Positions 27,857-37,824 of a stretch of DNA of 45,317 nt are shown here, piece after piece. The DNA is from a virus. Taxonomy: Duplodnaviria > Caudoviricetes. The DNA lies in the IMG/VR virus record IMGVR_UViG_3300010362_000034, positions 1 to 45,317 of that record; one strand, given 5' to 3'. The notes under the pieces were generated by a model. The model had not been told where the DNA came from. It searched no databases and saw nothing but the letters and a program-made list of their open reading frames with translations. Numbering within the stretch: the first letter of the stretch is position 1; each line of letters starts with the position of its first letter. The translations under genes were made by a program, and so were the position numbers.

Positions 27857-30800
27857 ATGGATGGTGAGGATTTTGGTTTTACACCCGATCCTACACCGGG
27901 CTATGGCGATAACGCGGCCACGGCCGTAGCCGAACCGCCTTTGTATAACACGGAGGACGACCTGGCCAGGATCCGCCAGGGTTACGCGCAGGAGCTTAAC
28001 AACCCGCGAGTAGCAGGCCAGCTTTACGCTTTAACACACCGCGAAGTAGGCAGCCAGGGGCGGGACGCGCAACAGGCGTTTATGGAAACGGTGTTTAACC
28101 GGGCGGCCTCGCGCGGGATGAGTCTCGCCCAGGTAATGGCCGACCCGAATTATTATCCGCGCCAAAGCCTGGGCCGCGCCGCTTTCACCCAAGACCAGGT
28201 GCACAATTACCGGCAGGTAGCCTTAGACACCATCCAGGGCAGTAACATCAGTAACTACGCCACCGGCAATGCCAGCGGCACTGTAGGTTTCGCCGGTGGC
28301 CCGCAGACTTATCGGGCCGGGGGCGAACGTTTCGGGATAGAAGGCCCGGATAAAAACTGGATGGGACGCGCGGTCCCCACTGCCAGACCGGCAGACGTGC
28401 AGGAAGTGCGCATAGAGCGGGGCGTGCCGGTGACACCGGTAGAAATGGAAGTGCGCAGAGCGAAGCCGGTAGGTGGTGATTTCGGTTTCGTGCCGGAGCA
28501 ACCGGCCGCACCCGAAGCGCCGGACTTTGGTTTCGTGGCCGATCAGCAAGCGGCCCCGCCAGCGGCACACCCATTTCTGGATATGGTGCACAAGGGCCTA
28601 GAGTTTGCACGGAAGCCTTCACCGGAATGGATGCGACCAATCGAGAAGGCCCTAACGAGTGAACTGCCATACGCGAAAGAGGTAGCAGAAGCCGCGATTG
28701 CCTCTAACCCGCTGACGGCACCTTATTATTGGCTCGGGCAAGCGGCGCCGGAGACGGTCCCCGGTAAATTATCCAAAGGTTTTACCGAAGGATTGCGTGA
28801 TGTAGGAGCGGGATTTAGCTCGCCAGCAAACTTGGCCTTACTGGCCACCGGCGTGGGCGAGACGGCGCTGGCGGGGCGCCTAGTAGCTGGTGGATTCTTT
28901 GCGCTAGCCGCGAGCCAATTTCCAGAGCAATGGAAAGCCTTTAACGAGACTGATGATCTAGCGGAGAAAACAAAGATACTTACCAGCATGGCAGCCGGTC
29001 TAGGACTGCCACTTGCCGGTTTTGCGGCAGCGGGCAAAGGAGGCACGCGCATAGAGAGACGCAGCCAACAATGGCGCGATAAGGTCATTTATCCAGAGGA
29101 GCCACCGCAGTTAGGGCCAGCGGCAGCTCCACAGCTACCCGGAGGCGGCTGGCAAAAGAAGGGTAACATGTGGGTAAACGTGGATGCGGCCGGGAACGTA
29201 AACACGCACCCGGCCGAGTTTGATTTCGTGCCGGAGCTGCCAGCGCCACAGCGTGGGCTCCCTGCGCCCGAGGAAGTGCCTACCGGAGACTTTGAAGCAG
29301 TGACGCCAGGGCGCGGACCACAACTGCAAGTAACCACGCAGCCAGAAGCAGCTCTACCACAAGATTTCGTTGAAACGGGCGCACCCGCCGAGGTTACACC
29401 AGGTGCCCCGCGCGCGCTACCGGCACCAGCGGCACCGTTACCGCCCGAGGCCGCGCAATGGCAAGGCTTAACACCGGCGCAACGTTTCAATGCACTGGCG
29501 CGAGGCGATCCGCGGCGCGCGCGACTGGATCCGGCACCATTGCAAGCGCTGGCCGCGGCGAACTGGCAAGACTTATCGCCTAACGACCAATCCAAAATGG
29601 CGATAGAAATACGCAGCGCACCGCAAACCTGGCAGCCGACCGCGCCCCAGGCCGCGCCCGCAGCCGCGCCGGTCCCAGCGGGTTCCACCCCCGCCCCGCG
29701 AATTGCAGCGGCAGCGGTAAAGGTCGGGGATAAAATTTATAGAGGATCAACTCATGCGGAAGCGTTTGAAAAGAGCGGCTTACCGAAAGATGAATACGGA
29801 ACAATCCCTGATGAAAATGCAAAGGGATTTGTTACGACAGATGGCAAATACGTCAACCCGGAAGAAGCAGCGCAAATTGCCCGCGCCGCGAAGCAGCTTA
29901 AAAATCCAGAGCACCCATTTATCGGGGTGACAGCCGAAGATGTAAACCTCGCCGAGACGGGGAACAAGCCCGCCCCGAAAGAGACGGCAGAAGCCGCGGC
30001 ACCTCAAGTCGGCGACACTGTAACGTCCAAGAAGACAGGCAAAAGTTACGAGGTCAGCTACGTCGATCCTGCTGGTAAAATTTACGGAAGAGCCGAAGGC
30101 AAGGGCGGAGCAGTCGGGTTAGGGACCGCCGATAAAGTCGAGATTCAAGGGACGGGGGCTAGACCCGCATCGGACCCGATTGTGGATACCGCAGTCAGAA
30201 CGCCTGACGGCAAAGTCCATACAGGCTTGGATTTTCTAAAAGCGCAAGGCGACGAGGGCGCGCATGAACCGGGGAGAGTCGGCGCCCTCCACAACGAAAT
30301 ACATTACGGCGTTTTAGAAGGTAACTACGAACCGCGAGACATAAACGCATCAATAGACGGATACGTTACCAAAAGCGGAAGGTTTCTGGACAAGAAAGAG
30401 GCGCTTCAACACGCAACAGAGCAAAAACAAATCTCCAAAACGCAATACCAGGAAATTCGCGCCAACCAATTAGGGAAGAAACCGGAACAGATTAAAACCC
30501 TGGACAGTATTGCGTTCGAGGATGCACAGGAGAGAGCGCAAACCGGAGCGGGGTCTAAACCCGTTCCGGTCCGCGGCCGCCCGGCGCGCCCACTTACCAA
30601 AGCGCAACAAGCCGAAGCAGAGCACCGCGCGGAAATGTTGCGCCAGGGCCAGGAAGCCATCGCGCAACAGGGCGGGATGGAGTTACTGGACGCGCTCAAA
30701 CTGGAGGGCGGCCTGCCACTGAAAGGCACCGAGAGAGCGCACCCTTACCGCGGCGAATTACAAATGCTGCGCGAACATGTGATGGGGACCAAAGGCTACC

Positions 30801-33800
30801 GTTACCGCGACATATTCAGCTCGCGCGCCCGTGGCGTGGACGATTTGGTGATGAAACTCCAGGCGCGCGGATTCGATATACAGACGCCGCACGAGCTGAT
30901 CCAGCGCGTGATGGACCGAATCGTGAGCGGCCGCCCGCACTACGGGTTAATCGAGCACGGCGAGACGCTTTACGGCGACCAGGGGTTACTCTCCATTGAC
31001 GCGAGCACAGGAAACCCCTACGTTTTAACCGATGCAACTCGCAAAGCGTTTACGCCTACTGGCAAGGCCCGGCCGGAATTGGCGGCGCTTCGTGCATCGC
31101 TACTACGGCGGCGGGGCATTGACGTATCTCCGCAGGAGGTTCGGTTCGATCCCAGTAAAGCCGGAGGACTATCAAGGTTGCATCCTGATAAGGGGCCCGA
31201 GGCCGTTGCAAAAGCCGAAGCCATCGTGCGCGCCAACGGCGGGGAGCCGATTTGGTTTCGACTCGACCAGCCACTAGGCGACCTGGCTGGCACGCATCTT
31301 AAAGGGACTAACAAGGTCCTACTCAATGTTGATGCTTCTAACGGGGACCTGGTAACACAGACAGCCGGGCACGAGCTAAATCATTTTCTCCAGAGGCGGT
31401 TTCCCAAGTTGCACGCGGAACTACGGGATAACATCGATGCCATCCACGCGAAAAGCCCGGAGCTGGAGCTTTGGACGGCCAGTCGCGCACAGCATTATCC
31501 CGCGGAAGAACTGGCGGATGAATTTGTGTCTGATCTTATGGGCGAAACATTGCGTAACCCGGCGCGGGTAGCCCAGCTCTTAGGCGACCGGCCCACTTTG
31601 TTCCAGCGCTTGTTAGGCGCGGTGCGCGATTTCATCGACCGCGTTATGTCAAAACTGCGGCCGCAAAAGAATCCCACGGCCAGCGCAGTGATGAGTGACC
31701 TGGGCAAAGCGCGCGAGCAGATTATGAATTTCCTGGCGCAAGCCAGAGAAGCCGCCACTGGACCGCCCGGCGCGCCTGGCGAAATGCAGTTTTCCATGAA
31801 AGGACCGCTGAGCGGAATAGAGCGCGCGGAGCTGGACGCGCTCCGGCGCACAGAGCAGACCGGCCCATTAACCGCCCTGGAAAAGCACAAACTTTTGCGC
31901 TTGGAAGGACGCGAGCGCACCCAGGCCGAGTTACCACAGGCTGGCGAAGTCTTCAATCTCACCGGCGAACAAGCTATCGACTGGGCCGCCCGAGCGCGCG
32001 AAGCCGAAGCCGCCGACGCGGTGCGAGCGCAGAGCCAGGCAGCGGCCGAGAAAGCGCAGCTCGACATGTTTTCAGAGCCCGACATGTCTTATTCGATTAA
32101 GACCGCGAACGTGAAAGAGGGTAACGGCGCCGGGAAACCGCCCAACGGTCCGCGCGGCGCCAGCATGTTCGCTCCGAACACGCCGCCCCGGAGTAACCCG
32201 CAACCGATTTGGGCCAGGCGTTACTGGAATAAGTTTGAGAAATGGTGGCAGGACAAATTGCCGCGCTCGTGGGAAGTGGTGCGCAAGGTCCCGGAGAGCC
32301 CGGTAATAAGCGAGCACCAACGCCTGCTCGATGCGGAGCGGGATTACATGGAAAACTTTACTTCGCAAAAGTGGTGGCAAACTTTACGGCGCCGACCGGA
32401 AGAAGAAATCATCGAGCTGGAGCACCAGGCGGTGATGGATTACCGGCGCATGTTAGCGGGTAACGTGCCGCGGGAAGTAGCCTGGGCCCGCGCGGTCTCG
32501 CAGATGCCGCCCGATGTGCAAGCGCTCTTCCAATGGCGCGAAGCGCGCGTGCCAGTGGAGCGCGCGGCCGCGCGCGGCCTGGCCGTGGACGAGCCCGCTT
32601 ACACCGGCGATCCTTACCTGGCCCGCCTAACGAACGAGGAAGGCAAAGCCGTGGTGGATCTGAGCCCGCAGATTGCAAACTGGGGCCGCCACATTCGCCA
32701 ATCCATAGGCGGTTTCGATAAAAGCCGGGTGCATCCCACCATGAAAATGGGCATTAACGCGGGCACGCAATACGAGACCCCCACGATGGCCGCATTTGTG
32801 CGCGAGCTGTATTCGATGCGCCTGGAGGGGACCGCGCGAATGTTGCGCGCGCTGAAAGAAAAGGGCGTGCTCTTCGATGAAAAGGCGGATGCGCTCGCAG
32901 CGAACAAAGCGCTAAAGAAAAACGCGGGAGACGTAACGCTGGTCCGCGGATTCGGCGGGAAAGATTACTGGGCCCGCTCTCGCGTGGAAGCGCAGTTTCT
33001 CGGGCAAAACTTAAACGCCGTGAGCGCCGGGGGATCGATGGGCAAGCTGGTGCGCGTGGCTAATGCTTTCGCGCGCAACCCGAATCTCATGTTTAACCCG
33101 TTACCGCACGCCACTAAAAACATGGCATTCAAATACGCGCTGGCGCGCGTGGGTAACTACGGTTTTAAAAAAGCCGCGCGCGAGTATTCCACTAACGCGC
33201 AAATGCGGGCGCGTTTCGAGGCCGTGATGTCGTTACCCAAGAGCGGCCGCACACTGCCGCAGCTACGCGCCCTGGAGGCGGGCAGCTACGCGGAGCGCAT
33301 CGCCGCCAAGTGGGGTAAATGGTTAAGCGCAAACCATCTTTCGGCCCGGTTTAATTTTGCCATTGCCGATCCCGCCATGCGTTACGCGCTCTGGAAAACC
33401 TACGTTAAAAAAGGGTTGAGCGACCAGGCGGCCGCAAACCATGTGTGGGTAGATTTGATCCGGTATGATGAAAACTCCGGGGCACTGAATTTCTGGAAAG
33501 GTATCCCGTTCAATTTCTTCTCTACCTGGCGGCTGGGCTCTTACATTTCCATTTTCAAACAACTGCGTAACCATCCCATTCGTTCACTGCTTTTCATCGG
33601 GGCAGTGGAATATTTGCGCGAAATTTTGTATCGCAAATTTGGATGGTGGACGCATCTGCCGGTGGATTATGTGGATGCGCCGTTAGCGGAAGCCATCGAG
33701 AAACCGAGCGCGATTCCCGGCATCGCAGCCATGACTTACATGTTCGGGCCGGGCGGGGCCCAGGCGCCGCACACTATCTCAGATGTAATGGCCGCGGTGC

Positions 33801-34249
33801 ACGGCGATGTGGGTATGAAATCGCGCGTGGTAAACATGTTTTGGGGGCTCTCCCAGCTCTTTAATATCCCGATGGAGTTTAACGCTTACTTGAAAGATCA
33901 AAACCCGGAGCACCTGGCGTTGATCCTGCAAAACGCCGCATTCAGCACGCACAGCGCGCTCAAATACCAGCCGCATCGCCTCATGCAATGGCTCCCGGAA
34001 TCGCTCCCAGGGATGGAGAAAAGCGCGAAGGTGCGTTACGCAGAATTTCTCCAGGCAAAAATCGAGGCGCGCCAGGAGAAAGCGCGGGAGACCTACGAAG
34101 CCCGGCATGGCATCGGGCCCAGTCTCCAATACCGGACCGAGGAAGGCCAGATGCAAGCGCTCCAGCGCGCGGCCGGGGTAAAACCTGGAGGCGCGCCGCC
34201 CAAGCCGCCGGGGAAAGCACATATCCAGAGACCACGAATCAAACACTAA
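27857..34249 (+). CDS. giant polyvalent internal virion protein (SleB-like hydrolase, duplicated domain, HExxH zincin)
   Basis: REVGSQG...METVFNRA near the N-terminus; two GF/YVTxxGxF/Y...EA domains; AGHELNH...EELADE. Confidence 0.75.
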   Translation: MDGEDFGFTPDPTPGYGDNAATAVAEPPLYNTEDDLARIRQGYAQELNNPRVAGQLYALTHREVGSQGRDAQQAFMETVFNRAASRGMSLAQVMADPNYYPRQSLGRAAFTQDQVHNYRQVALDTIQGSNISNYATGNASGTVGFAGGPQTYRAGGERFGIEGPDKNWMGRAVPTARPADVQEVRIERGVPVTPVEMEVRRAKPVGGDFGFVPEQPAAPEAPDFGFVADQQAAPPAAHPFLDMVHKGLEFARKPSPEWMRPIEKALTSELPYAKEVAEAAIASNPLTAPYYWLGQAAPETVPGKLSKGFTEGLRDVGAGFSSPANLALLATGVGETALAGRLVAGGFFALAASQFPEQWKAFNETDDLAEKTKILTSMAAGLGLPLAGFAAAGKGGTRIERRSQQWRDKVIYPEEPPQLGPAAAPQLPGGGWQKKGNMWVNVDAAGNVNTHPAEFDFVPELPAPQRGLPAPEEVPTGDFEAVTPGRGPQLQVTTQPEAALPQDFVETGAPAEVTPGAPRALPAPAAPLPPEAAQWQGLTPAQRFNALARGDPRRARLDPAPLQALAAANWQDLSPNDQSKMAIEIRSAPQTWQPTAPQAAPAAAPVPAGSTPAPRIAAAAVKVGDKIYRGSTHAEAFEKSGLPKDEYGTIPDENAKGFVTTDGKYVNPEEAAQIARAAKQLKNPEHPFIGVTAEDVNLAETGNKPAPKETAEAAAPQVGDTVTSKKTGKSYEVSYVDPAGKIYGRAEGKGGAVGLGTADKVEIQGTGARPASDPIVDTAVRTPDGKVHTGLDFLKAQGDEGAHEPGRVGALHNEIHYGVLEGNYEPRDINASIDGYVTKSGRFLDKKEALQHATEQKQISKTQYQEIRANQLGKKPEQIKTLDSIAFEDAQERAQTGAGSKPVPVRGRPARPLTKAQQAEAEHRAEMLRQGQEAIAQQGGMELLDALKLEGGLPLKGTERAHPYRGELQMLREHVMGTKGYRYRDIFSSRARGVDDLVMKLQARGFDIQTPHELIQRVMDRIVSGRPHYGLIEHGETLYGDQGLLSIDASTGNPYVLTDATRKAFTPTGKARPELAALRASLLRRRGIDVSPQEVRFDPSKAGGLSRLHPDKGPEAVAKAEAIVRANGGEPIWFRLDQPLGDLAGTHLKGTNKVLLNVDASNGDLVTQTAGHELNHFLQRRFPKLHAELRDNIDAIHAKSPELELWTASRAQHYPAEELADEFVSDLMGETLRNPARVAQLLGDRPTLFQRLLGAVRDFIDRVMSKLRPQKNPTASAVMSDLGKAREQIMNFLAQAREAATGPPGAPGEMQFSMKGPLSGIERAELDALRRTEQTGPLTALEKHKLLRLEGRERTQAELPQAGEVFNLTGEQAIDWAARAREAEAADAVRAQSQAAAEKAQLDMFSEPDMSYSIKTANVKEGNGAGKPPNGPRGASMFAPNTPPRSNPQPIWARRYWNKFEKWWQDKLPRSWEVVRKVPESPVISEHQRLLDAERDYMENFTSQKWWQTLRRRPEEEIIELEHQAVMDYRRMLAGNVPREVAWARAVSQMPPDVQALFQWREARVPVERAAARGLAVDEPAYTGDPYLARLTNEEGKAVVDLSPQIANWGRHIRQSIGGFDKSRVHPTMKMGINAGTQYETPTMAAFVRELYSMRLEGTARMLRALKEKGVLFDEKADALAANKALKKNAGDVTLVRGFGGKDYWARSRVEAQFLGQNLNAVSAGGSMGKLVRVANAFARNPNLMFNPLPHATKNMAFKYALARVGNYGFKKAAREYSTNAQMRARFEAVMSLPKSGRTLPQLRALEAGSYAERIAAKWGKWLSANHLSARFNFAIADPAMRYALWKTYVKKGLSDQAAANHVWVDLIRYDENSGALNFWKGIPFNFFSTWRLGSYISIFKQLRNHPIRSLLFIGAVEYLREILYRKFGWWTHLPVDYVDAPLAEAIEKPSAIPGIAAMTYMFGPGGAQAPHTISDVMAAVHGDVGMKSRVVNMFWGLSQLFNIPMEFNAYLKDQNPEHLALILQNAAFSTHSALKYQPHRLMQWLPESLPGMEKSAKVRYAEFLQAKIEARQEKARETYEARHGIGPSLQYRTEEGQMQALQRAAGVKPGGAPPKPPGKAHIQRPRIKH

Positions 34250-34251
34250 AT

Positions 34252-34887
34252 GTGAGAGCGTATTACCAAGACCAATATACGACCATCTATCACGGAGATT
34301 GCCGCGAAATTTTGCCGAAGCTGGCAAGCGCCGTGCTGGTGACTGATCCCGTTTGGCCAAATGCTTCCGTGCCACTAAAAGGCTTTGAGGATCCAGTGCG
34401 CTTATTTGCCGAGATGTGGAGTGCTGGAGACTTTTACCGCGCGGCTGTGCAAATCGGATGCGACACACCGCCTTTCTTCCTGTCGGCAGTTACGTTACCA
34501 TTTTTCCGTCATTGCTGGCTGGAAATTGCGCGCGTTGGATACAAAGGGCGGCTGCTTATGACTGGCGACGTGGCGTTATTGTTTGGTCAACCGCCCACGG
34601 TAAAGCCAGGACAATTTGTAATTCCCGGGCGGTGCATTGACGCAGATTCTAAAGGGAAGCAAAGCGCGCATCCCTGCCCGCGGAAATTGAATCACGTTAA
34701 ATGGCTCATTAAATGGTGGAGTGAGCAATCAGATTTGATATTGGACCCGTTTCTAGGCAGCGGCACAACGTTGCGCGCAGCAAAAGACTTGGGGCGCAGG
34801 GCAATCGGAATTGAGATTGAGGAAGCGTATTGCGAAATGGCCGCCGAGCGAATGGCCCAAGAGGTTCTGAATTTATTGGAAAACTAA
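34252..34887 (+). CDS. DNA methyltransferase, N6/N4 beta-class
   Basis: TIYHGDCREIL, TDPVW (motif IV variant), HPCPRK, LDPFLGSGTT, AIGIEIEE. Confidence 0.88.
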   Translation: MRAYYQDQYTTIYHGDCREILPKLASAVLVTDPVWPNASVPLKGFEDPVRLFAEMWSAGDFYRAAVQIGCDTPPFFLSAVTLPFFRHCWLEIARVGYKGRLLMTGDVALLFGQPPTVKPGQFVIPGRCIDADSKGKQSAHPCPRKLNHVKWLIKWWSEQSDLILDPFLGSGTTLRAAKDLGRRAIGIEIEEAYCEMAAERMAQEVLNLLEN

Positions 34888-34908
34888 AATAGGGGAGGGA
34901 AGGGAAAC

Positions 34909-35055
34909 ATGCCACTAACAAAAAAGGGTAAGAAAATCATAAGCGCCATGCGCAAGGAATACGGGCCGCAAAAAGCCAGGCGCGTGTTCTACGCCAGCGC
35001 GAACAAGGGAACAATCAAAGGCGTGCACGGAGCGCGCCAGCGCCGGAGCCGATAA
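34909..35055 (+). CDS. small basic conserved phage protein
   Basis: Hand-translated MPLTKKGKKIISAMRKEYG...VFYASANKGTIKGV; GGAGG RBS. Confidence 0.75.
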   Translation: MPLTKKGKKIISAMRKEYGPQKARRVFYASANKGTIKGVHGARQRRSR

Positions 35056-35537
35056 TGAATTTGCCACTGGAATTATTGCTCACCATCGGGGGCGTGCCCA
35101 TCTTTACCGGCTGGGACGGCAAATACGTCTGTTTCATAAGCGACCTGGATATTTGCAACGATGGCAGCGGCCCGCCGCACGGCGATCCCAGCTACCAATC
35201 GGAGACCGCCTATTACAACGGCGGCAAATATCTCAACGCCGATAAAGACAAATACATCGTGACCCCGCCCCAGGTGCGCAAGATGGTGCCGCCCGTGGTG
35301 ATGGGTTGCCAGGGGCGGGTGACAAATTTGCGTAAACCCGCGCAATCGAGCTGGGGCGTGGTAGGCGACATAGGGCCGGACGATATAACAGGGGAAGCAG
35401 CCTATTGCCTGGCCAAAGTAGTTTGCCCATCCATTACGCATAACACCGGGGACGATCACACGATTTATCTCTACGAGTTTTGGCCCGGCATCGCCGCCGT
35501 GGTAGATGGCAAGACTTACAAACTGGAACCGGCTTAG
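35055..35537 (+). CDS. GH75 chitosanase-like glycoside hydrolase, putative endolysin
   Basis: DLDICNDG, DPSYQSET, YLNA...YIV, VVGDIGP, GEAAYCLA match the GH75 pattern; followed by a holin-like gene. Confidence 0.75.
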   Translation: MNLPLELLLTIGGVPIFTGWDGKYVCFISDLDICNDGSGPPHGDPSYQSETAYYNGGKYLNADKDKYIVTPPQVRKMVPPVVMGCQGRVTNLRKPAQSSWGVVGDIGPDDITGEAAYCLAKVVCPSITHNTGDDHTIYLYEFWPGIAAVVDGKTYKLEPA

Positions 35538-35807
35538 GTGAAAGATCCACTTTGGAAAACGGTTTTAAACTGGGGCACGGTGATAACCTTTTTCACCTTG
35601 CCCCTGTTTATCATGTGCGTGCAGCTCTACGCGCACACGCATCCCGGCTGGTGGACGCACGCAGAGGGCGAGCAAAACCGTTTCCAATATCTCTACGATT
35701 TTATGCGCAATATTACGCTCCTGGTGTTTGGCCTGGCCGGGCTGCGCACATTTGAGAATTTAAAAAACGGCAGGCACCAGGAGAAAGAACCCGAGCCCCC
35801 GAAGTGA
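35538..35807 (+). CDS. holin-like protein (2 TM segments)
   Basis: Two hydrophobic helices, GLAGLRTFE motif, charged C-terminus. Confidence 0.7.
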   Translation: MKDPLWKTVLNWGTVITFFTLPLFIMCVQLYAHTHPGWWTHAEGEQNRFQYLYDFMRNITLLVFGLAGLRTFENLKNGRHQEKEPEPPK

Positions 35808-35809
35808 CG

Positions 35810-35863
35810 CGCTTGTTTGTGTTTGAGCGGCTTTAGCGCTACCTTACAAGCGTTTGTTTGTTT
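35810..35863 (+). terminator. terminator-like hairpin between convergent operons
   Basis: cgcttgt/acaagcg stem followed by tttgtttgttt. Confidence 0.45.
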
Positions 35864-36350
35864 ACCGTAGCCCGTCAGTGCGTTTACGTGCTGGCGGGCT
35901 CTTTTCATCCCCGCGCAGCAGTTTCTCGAAAATCTTGTTTGCTTCGCGCATCTTCTTACGGACAACGGCCGCTTGGCGTCGCCACACGCCCGCGTCATTC
36001 GTGCGCTCCCGGTGCGGATCGTATTTCACCCCGCTGGCCTTGCAGACTTTGCGCACCATTTTCTCGTGCATCGCTTCGGCTTGCTCTTTACTTCCGGCAC
36101 AGCGCATTTGCCAGTTATCCAGCTTGGCGCCGAACGTCATCGTTTCCCAAAGTATGGGCGGCCCGTCCACTACCCAGCCGTGATCTATTCCCAGGAAAAT
36201 TGTCGAGACGCGATTTTGCGCAATCGTTTCCTGGCGCACTACGCGGTTCTCGTGTTGGCCAAACCATTTTGCCCACGTCAAAAGGTCCACCTGTTTAGGG
36301 CGCCCTTTCGCGTCAAGTATCCAGTGTTCTTTCCACTTTTTGCGTTTCAC
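35862..36350 (-). CDS. conserved phage protein
   Basis: VSTIFLGIDH...PPILWETMTFG...AEAMH motif. Confidence 0.75.
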   Translation of the reverse strand: MKRKKWKEHWILDAKGRPKQVDLLTWAKWFGQHENRVVRQETIAQNRVSTIFLGIDHGWVVDGPPILWETMTFGAKLDNWQMRCAGSKEQAEAMHEKMVRKVCKASGVKYDPHRERTNDAGVWRRQAAVVRKKMREANKIFEKLLRGDEKSPPARKRTDGLR

Positions 36351-36721
36351 TTTTTGTGGATGCGCGGAGCGATTTTGTCCGCGTGTTCGTCATACATGCG
36401 TTGGATTGATTGTTTATCTGCCTCATCGTCATGGAATTTGTGGCATTTCCCGCAGTAACGCTGCTCTACATCTTTCGGGTGATAACTTGTTAGGCCGCAG
36501 GTGTGACACGTGATCGATTTTCCATCCATTGCAATATGGTAGGCGACCGGGCCATACATCGCGTTTAATACGCCTTCGATTACTTTATCGCGCTCCACGT
36601 TGCCGGGATCCAGTGGGGAGTGGCCGTAACCATCTGTCAAAATCTGCCGGGCCAGCTCGCGCTTTTCGCTTTCGCTCATGGCCGCAAATTCCTGGGGCGT
36701 GATTTCCTGCCACGGTTTCAT
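36347..36721 (-). CDS. zinc-binding phage protein
   Basis: SITCHTCGLTSYHPKDVEQRYCGKCHKF. Confidence 0.7.
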   Translation of the reverse strand: MKPWQEITPQEFAAMSESEKRELARQILTDGYGHSPLDPGNVERDKVIEGVLNAMYGPVAYHIAMDGKSITCHTCGLTSYHPKDVEQRYCGKCHKFHDDEADKQSIQRMYDEHADKIAPRIHKK

Positions 36722-36837
36722 TTGTCCCGGATCTGAATTAACACGTCGCGGATTTCGCGCAGCAATTTATCGGTGCGCGAGGCGAAGACGGTAACCAGCG
36801 TGAGCGCCACGCTGATGATGCTAAGGATTATTTCCAC
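36718..36837 (-). CDS. 39-aa single-TM peptide
   Basis: Hand-translated (GTG) MEIILSIISVALTLVTVFASRTDKLLREIRDVLIQIRDK; coupled to the next gene. Confidence 0.55.
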   Translation of the reverse strand: MEIILSIISVALTLVTVFASRTDKLLREIRDVLIQIRDK

Positions 36838-36935
36838 AGGTAAGCAACAAAACCGGCCAGCGCACCCAGCAGCCCGAGAACGATTGCCGCGCGGTAAGTC
36901 CAGATTGCTACCGTGTCTGCAGTCTTGCTACTCAT
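36828..36935 (-). CDS. 35-aa single-TM peptide
   Basis: MSSKTADTVAIWTYRAAIVLGLLGALAGFVAYLWK. Confidence 0.55.
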   Translation of the reverse strand: MSSKTADTVAIWTYRAAIVLGLLGALAGFVAYLWK

Positions 36936-37158
36936 CGCTAATAGCCTCTGGCTGGTGCTCCGCATTGTCAAACTCCGGCAGTGTAAAGCCGTATTCGCGC
37001 GCATAATCGCGCGCTTGCTCGCGCGTATCGAAATTACAAACTTGCACCGGGCCACCGCTGGGCACCCAGCGCGATCCGTTCCAGCCCAGCACGCCGGGAT
37101 ATTCCGCGGGCACAATAATCCAGCGATCAAACAAGTCGCGGTGCAGTTTTACTTTCAT
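36928..37158 (-). CDS. hypothetical protein
   Basis: Coupled ORF; WNGSRWV...QVCNFDT. Confidence 0.65.
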   Translation of the reverse strand: MKVKLHRDLFDRWIIVPAEYPGVLGWNGSRWVPSGGPVQVCNFDTREQARDYAREYGFTLPEFDNAEHQPEAISDE

Positions 37159-37397
37159 TCCCGGCCCTCCATGAGCTGGCGCACTGATTCAATATGATGT
37201 TTAAACAATTCCTCGCGCACGTCTGCATCGTGGCCCAGTAGCCACATGGCCAGTAATTCCGCCAGGGCGGCGCTTTGCACGGCCGGGAATTTGCCCGCCA
37301 GGATGGGCCCGATCTTATCCACCAGGCGCTCCACTTCGGTTAAATCCACGCCAGCCTCCAGCGCTTCCAGGATTGTTTCGCTGGTCCAGACTTTCAT
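37155..37397 (-). CDS. hypothetical protein
   Basis: Coupled ORF; PILAGK..AVQSAALAELLAMWLLGH. Confidence 0.65.
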   Translation of the reverse strand: MKVWTSETILEALEAGVDLTEVERLVDKIGPILAGKFPAVQSAALAELLAMWLLGHDADVREELFKHHIESVRQLMEGRE

Positions 37398-37624
37398 TTA
37401 ATATAGGCGGCAACTTTGCGAAGATCCTCTGGCATATCGCGTTCGACCGCATCAGCCAATTCACGCAATAGTTTTGGCAGCCGCGCCAGCGTCCCGGGCG
37501 AGGCTTGCACTGAAAACCCGAAGCCGTGGTTACCGCCAAAAATTATTAGGATGCAGCCTTGCGCGTCTGCTTTCGTGCGCACTTCCGTGCACAGCTCGTC
37601 ATATTTGCCGGGACCTAGAGCCAT
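37394..37624 (-). CDS. hypothetical protein
   Basis: MALGPGKYDELCT...GFGFSVQ pattern. Confidence 0.7.
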   Translation of the reverse strand: MALGPGKYDELCTEVRTKADAQGCILIIFGGNHGFGFSVQASPGTLARLPKLLRELADAVERDMPEDLRKVAAYIK

Positions 37625-37626
37625 AT

Positions 37627-37824
37627 TTATCCAGCTTTTAACTCATCTACTTTGGCTTCCAGCATTTGAATGAAGCCTTCGGCCGATTCCACATCGAGAG
37701 CCAGCCAATGAACCGCTTTCCCGAAATCGATCCGCACCACGTTATGTTCGCAGTCTGCGGCGAGCATGATTCTGATTTCGCCTTCATCGTCGCCACTGAT
37801 TTTGCCGTGCGGATATTTGCTCAT
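37627..37824 (-). CDS. hypothetical protein
   Basis: YPHGKISGDDEGEI...VRIDFGKAVHW pattern. Confidence 0.7.
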   Translation of the reverse strand: MSKYPHGKISGDDEGEIRIMLAADCEHNVVRIDFGKAVHWLALDVESAEGFIQMLEAKVDELKAG

